A stretch of 63,409 nt of DNA, the filler included, from Lenisia limosa (Eukaryota > Protista > Breviatea), in NCBI GenBank assembly GCA_001655205.1. It is 8 parts of 8 records of this genome, joined end to end, with 100 filler letters (N's around TTAATTAATTAA, not from the genome) between each part and the next. Parts side by side here need not be neighbours in the genome. Positions count along the whole stretch, not along the records: positions 45,738 to 51,641 come from LPNZ01007513.1; positions 51,742 to 62,063 come from LPNZ01000883.1; positions 62,164 to 63,409 come from LPNZ01002646.1; 5 more parts are not named here. One strand, 5' to 3'. Made by a program: the position numbers and the translations under genes. Of this stretch, positions 51,641 through 63,409 are shown one piece after another (within the stretch, counting starts at the first letter, position 1; each line of letters opens with the position of its first letter). The notes below the pieces were generated by a model that saw only the letters and a program-made list of their open reading frames with translations, had not been told where the DNA came from and made no database searches.

Positions 51641-54600
51641 TNNNNNNNNNNNNNNNNNNNNNNNNNNNNNNNNNNNNNNNNNNNNTTAATTAATTAANNN
51701 NNNNNNNNNNNNNNNNNNNNNNNNNNNNNNNNNNNNNNNNNTAAACGTTGAGGTTGGTGTTAAACCGCGAACATGATTAAAACCGCGAACAAGCCAGAAA
51801 TCGACATAAATCGCTTCAATGACACCCTTTTTAGTGTGAAATTCGGCAGTTTTGAGTACAAGACTTTCAATAACATCAAAACAAAGCAATTTTGACCGAA
51901 AAGAAGAAATAAAAGAGGAGATAAACAATTGAAAAGATCAGTTGCTCAAGGTTGCTCAAGAGTGGTAAAAAATTCAAAACTACTGATTCAAGAACGGCTT
52001 CGCTTTATCACAGGGACGATTTTAGGCCAATAATTCGTGTTTAAAATTATTTGAATGAAATATTGAAGTGTCATGGTGGTATTTTTTATGTATATATAGT
52101 CAAAGCTCCGGACATCATTCAAAATCTTCGGACACATCAAAATCTCTGGACATATCAAAACTCCCTGACAGCTTGATTTTTCGCTATAAAAGTACTATAA
52201 ACTTCATTTACCTGTTATTTTCGAAAGTAATTTCAGTCATTATCACAGGATAGAATGCGATTTTTACATATTCTTGGCTCAAACCCAAATTAAGTCACTT
52301 GGCTACCCGTTTGCGGCCCTTAAACTGCCACAAATAACCAAAACCGTCATAATCGGCCACATTCAAGGAATAAATGGCAAGTATCCGTGAAAGTTTGACC
52401 TTGTAGAAAGCACTATTTTGAACATTTTTCTCTCAAAATTCACCATTGCATAGCCAAAGCAAGGGGGAATATATTTATTTGTCCTATATTTATGTGTGTA
52501 TGTATGCACAAATATATGTACATATCATATATTACCATATATTACATGTAGTGTAGAGAATTCCACAGGATATTCGTATAGTAATTGGGATAAACATTTC
52601 CCATAATTCTTAAAGTGCTTACTTTTGCAGACGAAGCTGGAAGATGCACAAAGACTGTCAGCAAAACAGAGGCTTGAACTAAACAAAGAGTGGAAGCCTG
52701 TCTTTTTTAAAAAAATTGAAAGCAATTCGCAGTCTGGCAAGGTACTTTTATTTCACTGATGAAAGGAGAAAAAAAAAAAGGAGAAGAGCTTTATTGATGA
52801 ATGGCAATTTGGACAGTTGAAGTTGGTGCGGGTTAAAAAGTAGATGGTTTCGTTGCAGGATTAAGAGAAAGGGCTAAAATATTCAACTGGTTGTCGTTTC
52901 ACCGGTTTTAGTTCCAGCAAAATCCATTTCTATTCACGATTATACTGGTTATTTTGGAGGGTGTGATTAAATCTTGGGCTTCTCTCTTCTTTTGCCTTTA
53001 ATTATGATAATAGAAGCAAATGAACTAATTCATGCCTTTTCATATTAGTATGAAAAAGGTATACAACGCCATAATGAGCATTTACAAGAAGATTTTGTAT
53101 CTAGCTGCTTCATTTATTGGCTGATACCTGAACTAATCCTCATTCATCGGTCCACTGACTCGCTTGTTGGTAATTTTGAAGCTCTCTGATGTTTTCTTCC
53201 TTTTTATCACTTCCATTCCCCAAAATCTTTAGAATAGATTTCAGTAGATTTTCTGGGACCCAAACGGGAAAGGAAATGTGATTAAGTCGCAAGGAAATCA
53301 TATTTCCCTGTGGACTGTGTCATATTTTATCATATACCCAAGGGACAATTAGAAAGTCATATTTTTCGTTTTGGGGTCTTTTTTTTTCGCGACATTTCCG
53401 GGACAAAGGGGATAAAGGGGGTAAGAAGGGTGGGGGATATGGGGTGATATGTCATCGGAATGTCATATGTTTGATGAATGTGATGAAAAAATATGACATT
53501 TATCATATTTTACCCGCAGGAATAGGATATATATGACATATTCTGATTCATTGTTTCCCACTTGTTTTGAGAATTGTCATATTTTGGGTTGTTTAGACAG
53601 AAAGAAGAAAATGGTGGCAGAAAGAATTGTTCATAAACCCCAATTTCTTAGACAAAATCGACACAAAAAAACACTTCAATTCATTCAAAAACCCCATTCA
53701 TGATACTCCCCATAGGAAGGTCTTCAGTGTGATCGATCAGTTGAAGAGGAGTTGAGAGCAAGTGAACTTCTGAAATCATGATTAATTGCTTATATTTTGT
53801 TTATAGTGCAAAACACTGCAGAGAACAATATAGAAGTGAAGAGTAAAGGAGGAACCCAGCAACTTTTTGAATATTGAGAAGATCCTTGAAATGCTCCAGT
53901 CAATCATCCTCAAAAGAAACACGCTGAATGTTAAGGCTGAGAGCAGGGGATTTCAACCAACCAATAGAAAAGAGTGAATCATCTTGAACTGTCTTCTAAA
54001 ACTATTTCCACTCTAAAAAGGTCAAAAAGAAGGGACATTGAGAGGAAGCACACCTTCAACAGATCAGGAAGAAACTGATCACCCCAAAACTTCTTGAAAA
54101 CTGATATCTTTGATAAGAAAGCTTAATCTAAGAAGCAGTCTTCGACTGCAAGTTTCCAGCATTCAGCAGTAAGTCCTTCGTTTTGACAAGTAAAGAACCT
54201 ATTAAAGTCAATCAGCACGGTAAATACACGAACAAACCTTCTTGTTAAACAAGATTTTGCTCCAAACAACGCCAGTTGCAGGCAAACAGGAACCAATGAG
54301 GAAAGCCATATTTTAGAAACAGAAAAATGACGTTTTGAGGAAAATATGACGAAAAATATGGACAATATGGCATGGTTGTAGGTTTAAGGATTCTGAAGGA
54401 AGAACGAGGCATAGCTGAGTTCGAACCGAGGAACCTCCGCATAATAACCGAGAAAATACCAATGGGAAATGTCAAATATTTCTTCTTGGCCCTGCTTCAC
54501 TTGATTTTGATGTTGGAGTAATTTTGTATGTGGCGATTTTTGGCCATTTCCCTTCAGATGTTCAAGATGATGTTTAGGTTTCGTCAGCTAACCTGATCTT

Positions 54601-57600
54601 GGAAAGAGCAACTGTTTACCGTAACTTTAGTGTCATAATTCTTGACCAAGAAAGGAATGTTGGACTAAAGGTAGGGGAGGACTGTAAGGGAGGCCACTTT
54701 CCATGATAAACGAAGTGAAAATACGCCTCAATGCCTTTCTCATGCAATTTCTATCATCTTAGATCGAACAAGGAAAAGGAGTGAATCACCTCTCTCTCAA
54801 TATGTACTTAATTAATATTATTAAAATGGATTTTGGGGGGAAAGGGGCAAAAAGGGGACCTTTTTGTGAGATCACATCCTCGATCACTTGCTGATCCCGC
54901 CAAAAAATCGAAATAAATAAATTGTTTTTGAGACTTTTCTTGTGTAAATAATGTTCTGAACTTTAGGACCTTGAGATATGTATTGTATGGTTGAAAGAAA
55001 AGAAGGAAAATCTATTTACAACATACTTCCCAACTCTTCTCAAAAAAACAAAATTTACAGTTTAAGAAGTTTATTACCCTCTCCAGTGCTGTATAGCACC
55101 AGAACTTGCTTTAACAGCAAGTGGTACTGCAGTTTTAATGCCACATTCGATCGATTCAGTCTTATAAAGAATGAACAATGAGCAGTAGATGTTCTAATAC
55201 TAAGTTTATAACACAGTTGTAGCTTATAGTTTTTTTGTTATGTAAAACATGATCATGGGTCAAACATTGGATTCTTCTTGGGGTTTGATGAAGATAAATA
55301 ACATTCAAAAATGTGAGACAATAGTGGAGTAAAGGGGGGAAAACACTACATAAATAGGTACAATATGGTTTGAGCTTACAATACCTTCTTTGGAAGAGAA
55401 ACATTGAAATAAGCGGATGCAGTATCTTCCATCGAATATCCCTTGAAGAAAAGACAATTATAATATGAGAATCCGTTACTTCAATTTCCTCAAATTAAAG
55501 TTCAGTCACTCTATCATTTTTTATTAAGAAGAGTATCGCAAATCCCCGTTTAAGTGTCAAAAAGGAGACCAATTCAATATATCAAAATCATGGTTAGAGT
55601 AATATATTATAGAATATTAAGGTTGAGCAGCAACGTGTTTATTAACTAGGTCAAGGATACCGCTTTAAAAAGAGAGGCAAATGAAAGCAGAGAGGGAGAA
55701 ATGGACAAGATCATTTTCAAAATAGAGCCACATTCCCAACAGTAGCCTCATCAGTAATATCTCACCTTAAAAGCACTAAGATGGACCGAGAGGGTACTTC
55801 AGAAGAAAGCCAACACTGAAACATAATTAGAGCGGGATAAATGGTTGCACTCTAGGTTACCTCGCCAAAAACCCATCAACCGAAGGCTCATCTGTTGATT
55901 TTTGGGGAAGAATATAATTGTGAGAGGGGTTTTTTTTTGTTTTTTAGTTTTTTTAACTATTTTCAAGAAGTGTCTTGCACATTTCTTTCCCTTCTTTTTT
56001 GACATAACCTATCAGAGAAAGGGTTCTCATACAAGGTATTCAGTAATTATATGATATGTTGTGTTTCATTTTTCACTATTTAGAACGGATCCTTTTGACA
56101 AAGAAAAAGAAGAAGTGCACCTCAATTCTGAGAAAGACAAACGTTTACAAAGAATTAATCAAGCTGTTAACTTATTGTCTCATGATTAGTATACAAGGTT
56201 CCACCCATACCATGGAAAGTTGTAAGTGAATGATTTTCCAAATAGTGCATTTCGGCTTGCTTATGCTGCAAAAGGCTGTAAGTGTTATTGAGATACGGGC
56301 TAAGCGATTGACAACTCTTTGACGAAGAGAACAGAGAGAAAAGAAACAGAAGGGTGATCACAAGGATTTGTTTGAAAAAAATGACCACGCGCACAATTTG
56401 AACATTTGGCCCACTTTAAGCGAAGTCTAATAAAGAAGTAAAGAAGAAACAAAAAGGCATACATTTTTAGTGTGGGATTTTTAGAGCCAGGTTCGGAGAA
56501 TTAGAGGGGCCCCGTATCCTAATGTGAAATATGCGTTCTTCTACTGTTTTGGTTGAACTATTCGTTAACAGCCTTTTAGGATTTGTTCACCTTCGGCGTG
56601 GTCAATTCTGGTATATAGAGATAGAGTGTATCACCTTTATTTTCCGTTGAATTGAATTTACTCTTTGAATGGATCAGATGGTGAGTAAACTATATTTGAC
56701 AAAAGCATCAGAAGAAATATTTTTAAAAAACTAATCGTGCCTTTTTGACAGTTTTTTTTGTGTTTTTCTCTGGAACTGAATATTTAGTTTACAACACAGC
56801 AAAAACATGAAAGATATAGCTATTGGTTACATGGACATATAAAATTCATGCCAAGCCACCAACGCACGAAAGAAACATATTATATTGTGATAAAGAGGAC
56901 AATCTTGCGGATTGTGAGTTTGTCAGAAACACTCTGCTTCCATAAACACCCGATTGCTATTGATTTGATGCGCCTTCTCTACATGAAAATACAGTCCATT
57001 AAGAAAAACAAAACACCTAACCTACAACCTTATCACCTCCAATGTACTTTCTTTGTCTATTGCACGACAATTGACAAGGAATTCCAGGAGTTTTGTGGCT
57101 CTCAAAGACATCTTAAAAATGGACAAGAGTTTGGGAAACACACAAGGGTTTAAAACACGATTTAACTGCAAAAGTGTGGTAAATGTCGCTTTTCTTCTAG
57201 ATATGGAACAACAAATATTGAAGAAACAACCTTGGGAGTCAATGTCTCAATTCCTTCTTACTACGTACTAAGGGGGGAGAAAATGAAATGGTAAAGTGAA
57301 ACCCCCTTTTTACAGAAAACCTCAAAACCCATTGTCGGCACTCTTTCACAATATTGCCCACAATGGTCGCTGGTACGCGTAATACCAGTGCTAGGAAGCG
57401 TGTCGCTACCACCCCCAAGCTCATTGCCCTCTTGATAATAGGGGCGAAGATGTTGATTCCGACATTGATAGGGCGAGTTCACCTTCACTCCTATCCCTAA
57501 AAGTTTACAATGATGTCATCGGAAAAGAAGTTATCCTGCTTTCAAGAGAAATAATAATAGTTAATGCGGTTCACGCTTAACCATCCAATTTATGTTCCCT

Positions 57601-57687
57601 CATTGGTTAAGAACGCGTCGAAAATGCATCCAAGTTAGCTCCTTCTCTGCTGCTGCAGCTAGCTCCTGCTCACCTCCTCGAACAGCG

Positions 57688-58250
57688 ACTTTACATTGAC
57701 CCTCTTCAAGGAGTTAAAGGTTCGCCTACATTGTCAGATAAAGACCAGGAGATGATGTTCAAGCATTGTACCCGATGTAAATCAATAATGCCGAAATCAT
57801 TCTCACCTTTCAGAACAACTCCGAGCTCCGTGAGGTCTTTGGGGAACTGTATAGGACCTTGGGCTCTTCATTCTCTGGGACACAGCTTCTGACTTGCGTT
57901 CCGGCAGGTGAACTGAAGCGAGCCAACGAGGTTATCCAGCCTTTCCTTAGGTATATTACTGTAAGGTATCATATGATATTTGATTAAAAGGCATGAATAA
58001 GGCTGATAAGTCTTCAATCTGTGTATTTCAATAAAGCAAGCACTTTCCTAATAAGGAAAGTATGTTTTCTCATATTATTAGTGTGGATTACCCTTATTGT
58101 TTTATTATTATTGTTTTTTCAAGATTTTTTGTGAATTAAAATCATCCACACAGGACTATCAACGACATCCTCCCTGACATTGAGTCTCTCCAAATCCAGC
58201 AGGCCCTGTCCTATCTGCCGCGCCATCTATCAGGCCCCCCACCCTCGCTG
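57688..58250 (+). CDS. Hypothetical protein, 3' exons
   Basis: DFTLTLFKELK-NNSELRE-LLTCVPAGELKRANEVIQPFLR-TINDILPDIESLQIQQALSYLPRHLSGPHPR*, TGA at 58248-58250. Confidence 0.45.
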
Positions 58251-58409
58251 ACGCCAAGCATCACCATATTGATTAATCATATACGTATGGAAACGATCAT
58301 GTCAGACTATGTGGATATTTTAGCATATTTGGATTGGTATATCATTATCAAATCTGAAGTCAGAAGATAACAGAATATGACACCCCCGAAACAATAAATA
58401 ATGTAATAT

Positions 58410-60275
58410 ACCTTCAACATTCAATGACTTCAATGTGAACCCGGTTCTGGTAGATTACTTCATGACCACCCGAGCCATAAAAGCGTGAGAGACTCCGCCC
58501 CAAATCGTTAGAAGATATGAGAAAGTCAGCTCAACACCAACTAGGTTCCTCTGCAAAACATATTCCATGCATCGGCAAGGTATTTCTAAAACAGTCAGTA
58601 AAATTGATTAATACAAACCTTCTGAACAGTAGCTGGGTCAGAAGGAAGATTTCTTGACCTCTTTCAAAAAGTTACCCCGGGTCCCAGTATAAATTTTCTT
58701 GAAATTATAAGAAAATTATCAATTTGGTCATTATTTGGCTAATATGGTACAGGCCGGGAGATTGTAGCCCTTCAAAGGGCAGTTTCCAAAGTAAAACCCT
58801 TTCAATCTCATTTGTCTTAAATTGTTTTTTAATGTTTTATAAGATTGTTTTAGGTAAGAGGTGTGTCCTTCCCGATCCCCTGTTTTTGAAAATACCTTTG
58901 CCTTATCAATGTTCTACCATTTGACACAGTAGTGTGCGCTTTTCTTCACATGAGCCTGACATTTTGACTGAAATTACCAACAAAGGAAAATTCGAGAATT
59001 TTGGTAATTCAGTCAAAATGTCAGGCTTCATATCTGGAGCCTACTAACGCCATTTTAACATCTGATTCGACCATTTTAAGGGTTTTGGGGGTCAGACTTT
59101 CTGTTTCTAACGTCATTATAAGTTTTAAAGGGTTGTCAGAAGAGAAAAGGCTGTTTTGTAGACTTTCAAAGCCCTATTTTCCTAATTAGGCAAGTAAGGA
59201 ACTTTCTGGAACTTTCGGGGTCCGAATCACAAAAATATCGCAAAAGTTATGAAACTTCCACAAACTTAATTCCAAATTTGAGAACATCCCAAAATAACAA
59301 AAAGAGCAAGATTTTTGAACTGATTATTTCAGAAAATGACCCCGGGCGCCCGGCCCGGAGTGCCAATTTTCCTGCAATTTGTGTGAAATTTTACATGTGG
59401 TCATTATTTCGTATTTCTATTGGTTTTTATTGATGTCCAAGTTTTTTGAGACAAATTATTCAAAAAGTTTATAAAAATATCGGGATTTTTTTGGGTTTTA
59501 TAGGGTTTAGCCGTTCATGCATATTATATTATTGAGCATATATCGATATATTCAAATACAAATCACATATCATAAAAAAGGGGGTTCTATATGAATATAA
59601 AATCTCGGTAACCTGAATTCTTAAAAATTTCTATTTTCCAATCTTTTGTTGAGTGAAATAAAGCATTCTATTATGTTCTTATTGGCAACAGTATTATTAC
59701 AATAAGGAATGCACAAACACAAATTCAAGAACACAACATAATAATAGAATAAATAGAATGTGATACATGCCTGACAAATCCATTCTCATCTGGAATGCCA
59801 AAATTTTTAAACCAACCAGTGTCGGCTTTTGCGACTTTCAGGTGTGATGAGGCATTGGGTGCTCAGAATGACTCAGGGAGTTCCTCTAATATAGTTATTT
59901 CACAACACTCCTACGATTTTCATTCTCATTGCGGAGGTGATAATCCACACAACGGGACTCCTGCTGATGACAGACAAAGGCTTAACCATGCCGCCTTCCA
60001 ATTTTTAAAAGAGCTTTGTTCAACAAGATAAACGATTGACCCACCGTCATCCAATGGCAAATTTAAATTTTTCAGCCTCATATTGGCTGTTCTCTAACTC
60101 ACAGTGGTATCCATGAAGAGTACCATGAGGAGATACATAGGTGCATTTTGTGTTTACTATTACCTTGACGTCCTTAAATCTGGCTCCCTTGAAACTTGAC
60201 AGTGAAATGGAATGGGTCAGGTGTGAGGATATGGAAGGGAGTTGGGAATTGGTTGGAGGAGACCCTTTTTTCATG
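58410..60275 (-). CDS. Possible hypothetical gene or pseudogene fragments
   Basis: Exon-like segments NLPSDPATVQK-KYLADAWNMFCRG and HLKVAKADTGWFKNFGIPDENGFVRH; no clean model. Confidence 0.25.
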
Positions 60276-60562
60276 ATGTTTTGTTAAGAAGCAGGTAAAA
60301 AAGTGCTAATTAGCAAGAGGGAGATGCGAAGGGAAATAGAGAAAGAGGTAAAAAGGGAAAGATGGAAAAGATCAAGGGGTTTGTTTAATTTCGGCCGCTC
60401 CCGTTCCAGTCAAAATAACTCTGACCGGATACAAGTATTTAAGGCGGCGTACAGCCGCGCAAAGTTTAAATGAGCCGGATACAAGGTTTCGGCTGAAACG
60501 AGTCGAGTGTGGTGCAGGTGTGGTGTCCAATTTGGCAGGGCTTTGTCAGGGTTTTGTTTCAA

Positions 60563-61483
<921 letters not shown>

Positions 61484-61856
61484 GTGATTGATTGCCTTAT
61501 TGTGACTATTTTGAAAACAGTTCTTAAATTTAAGACTCTTGAAATATTTTTGTTATTGTTGGGCGAACTGTGTTAAATGTTATTGAATTTCTCTTCCGAC
61601 TATTTTATTCATTGACGCACAGTATAGAAACTCTTCTTGTAATTTTTTATTGTCTCTTCTTCCAACTCTTCTGTTCATTATAGAACAATGCCTCAGATTC
61701 GTTTTTTTTTGACGTAAAATATGAGTATTTTTTGTGTGTCCTTGCTTCTGGGTTGCCTCTTAGTATTATCTCCTTCGAGGATGTCATCAATATTTACGAT
61801 AATAATATTCTATCAAGCCTTTGGTGTTCTCTATCTCTCTGGCAGCTCCTGAATCC

Positions 61857-62063
61857 GTGGCGCAAGACAGATTGAGGAAGGCCAACCTGGTATGTATTAT
61901 GTAGGGGCTTTTATCCTTATTCATGAATTTTATCCTTGTAGGTATGATGGGGAGGCACATAGAAGGCTGTGTGTACAGAGTTGTATGGCAAATGATTGGT
62001 GAAGTAATTATTTTCCAATATCTCTTTAAAGCGTGATGGTGTGGACGGCTTTAATATAGATAT
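61857..62063 (+). repeat. Hairpin-bearing repeat, long copy at end of contig 7
   Basis: GTGGCGCAAGACAGATTGAGG...CCTTGTAGGTATG...GCACATAGAAGGCTGTGTGT...GGCAAATGATTGG...GTGATGGTGTGGACGGCTTT. Confidence 0.8.
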
Positions 62064-62251
62064 NNNNNNNNNNNNNNNNNNNNNNNNNNNNNNNNNNNNN
62101 NNNNNNNTTAATTAATTAANNNNNNNNNNNNNNNNNNNNNNNNNNNNNNNNNNNNNNNNNNNNCCCCCCCCCCCCATTATTCGGTTCGTGATTATTACCC
62201 TTACGCCAATATTCTTGATCAAAATTTCCTTCGTTTTACCCCTTCCCCCAG

Positions 62252-63207
62252 GTTCAGCGCATGGAGACAGTACAGGCCGAGCGGCAGGAGCATGAGGCTC
62301 GAGGCACCGCGACGGGCTTTGATAGTGGGGGGATTGGTTGGTTCATGGAAGTTCCGTTTTTACTCTCAACTTGCACTAGGGCTTCACTTCGGGTCGAAAA
62401 AGACCGTTATAATATCGATAGTTTTCGAGGATTTTCGAGAAATTCAGTCTTTTTTTTTTTGAACCCTTAAAGCACCCTCGCGGTGTTTTTCTCAATTGTG
62501 CCTTCAGAGTTGTTTATTTGTTCCATATAGGGCCTCACTTCGGTTCGAAAAAGACTGAATTTCTCGATAAATCCTTGAAAACTATCGATATTATAACGGT
62601 CTTTTTCGACCCGAAGTGAAGCCCTAGTTCTATATATTTCCGAAGCTTACGCCCGCAGTTCCTATCGACCTCAATGACGTGGACGTCCCCGAGGAATCCA
62701 GCGAAAATATCGAGAGGATGTTGACGCTGAACGAAGAGCCAGGTGGGAGGAGTATAATGAGTGAGACTTTCTTACTAGGGCTCCGTGCTGTTAATTTTTT
62801 GAAGAAATATATTGATAAAATTAGAAATTAAAGTGTCTGAAATTGCGTTCCCGTGACAATAGGTCTCACGTCAGATATTTAATAATTGCATGGAGCCCTA
62901 TTATGTATTACGATTGGAAAAAGACCGATAAAATCTCTATTTATCGAGGATTCCAAAATAAGACGGAATTTCTCGATAAATCCTCGATAAATATCGATAT
63001 TTCACTGGTCTTTTCGGACCGTAGGAAGTCTTAGTACTGGCCTGGACTTTGTTTGTTTTGCTGTTTTGTTGTCAGCTAACAGGGCTTTTTTTGTTTGTTC
63101 CATACATTTTTTAATTTTACCCCCCCCCCTCAGAACCAGTAGAAAAGGAGGAGGCTGCTGAAGCTGCTCCAATAGCCGTTACCACTGAGGGGCAATCCGC
63201 GTTCAGA
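62252..63207 (+). CDS. Hypothetical acidic protein, internal exons
   Basis: VQRMETVQAERQEHEARGTATGFD / IPIDLNDVDVPEESSENIERMLTLNEEP / EPVEKEEAAEAAPIAVTTEGQSAFR, phase-consistent GT-AG. Confidence 0.55.
62377..62626. mobile_element. Inverted pair of MITE family A copies (62377-62469 and 62528-62626) in one intron
   Basis: The second copy is complete; the first is nearly identical to its reverse complement. Confidence 0.9.
62776..62900. mobile_element. MITE family B (related TIR, different core)
   Basis: TA-GGGCTCCGTGC...GCATGGAGCCC-TA; a second left end TAGGGCTCCGTG at 50245. Confidence 0.75.
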
Positions 63208-63337
63208 GTGGGGGGGGGGATTAAGAATTTTTGGTTTATTCATTAGGGCTTCACTTCAGAAAAAAGTCTAAATGTCTCGATAAATCCTCGTAAACTATAT
63301 ATTTCAACTGTCTATTTCCAACCGAAGTGGAGCCCTA
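62917..63337. mobile_element. Composite/partial MITE A (about 62917-63034) and a full copy (63244-63337)
   Basis: TA-GGGCTTCACTTC...CCGAAGTGGAGCCC-TA at 63244-63337; core and right TIR only in the upstream copy. Confidence 0.8.
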
Positions 63338-63409
63338 TATCGTATGTGTATATCACACCGTCCATATATGTGAATTTTCCTCTATCTGTGAAAACAAGCC
63401 AAATGAACA

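Overview
Intron-rich nuclear DNA of a unicellular eukaryote (standard genetic code, GT-AG introns); the species cannot be named from sequence alone. The window is not contiguous. It is 8 contigs joined by an artificial 100-bp linker (N44-TTAATTAATTAA-N44): about 1-13313, 13414-30735, 30836-39268, 39368-42216, 42317-45637, 45738-51641, 51742-62063 and 62164-63409. There are also about 23 internal N gaps, many beside G/C homopolymers. Genes recognised by hand-splicing: ABHD13-like hydrolase, SPF45/RBM17, a probable Sec61-beta, an AMT1/MTA1-clade MT-A70 DNA 6mA methyltransferase, acyl-protein thioesterase, ELMO-family protein, ankyrin-repeat protein, RING-HC protein, WRAP73/WDR8 and a CIPK/SnRK-like kinase with 20-43 nt introns, plus several hypothetical genes. 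The most unusual signal is in the introns. (A) A ~95-bp TA-flanked MITE occurs more than 20 times. (B) A ~105-nt repeat, sense-oriented in all 8 clear copies, ends at the 3' splice site (introner-like). (C) A 130-210 nt, mostly sense, intronic repeat carries two conserved hairpins, one with a UUCG loop. Tandem duplications also repeatedly straddle 5' splice junctions. Gene boundaries are manual and approximate unless a start or stop codon is stated.
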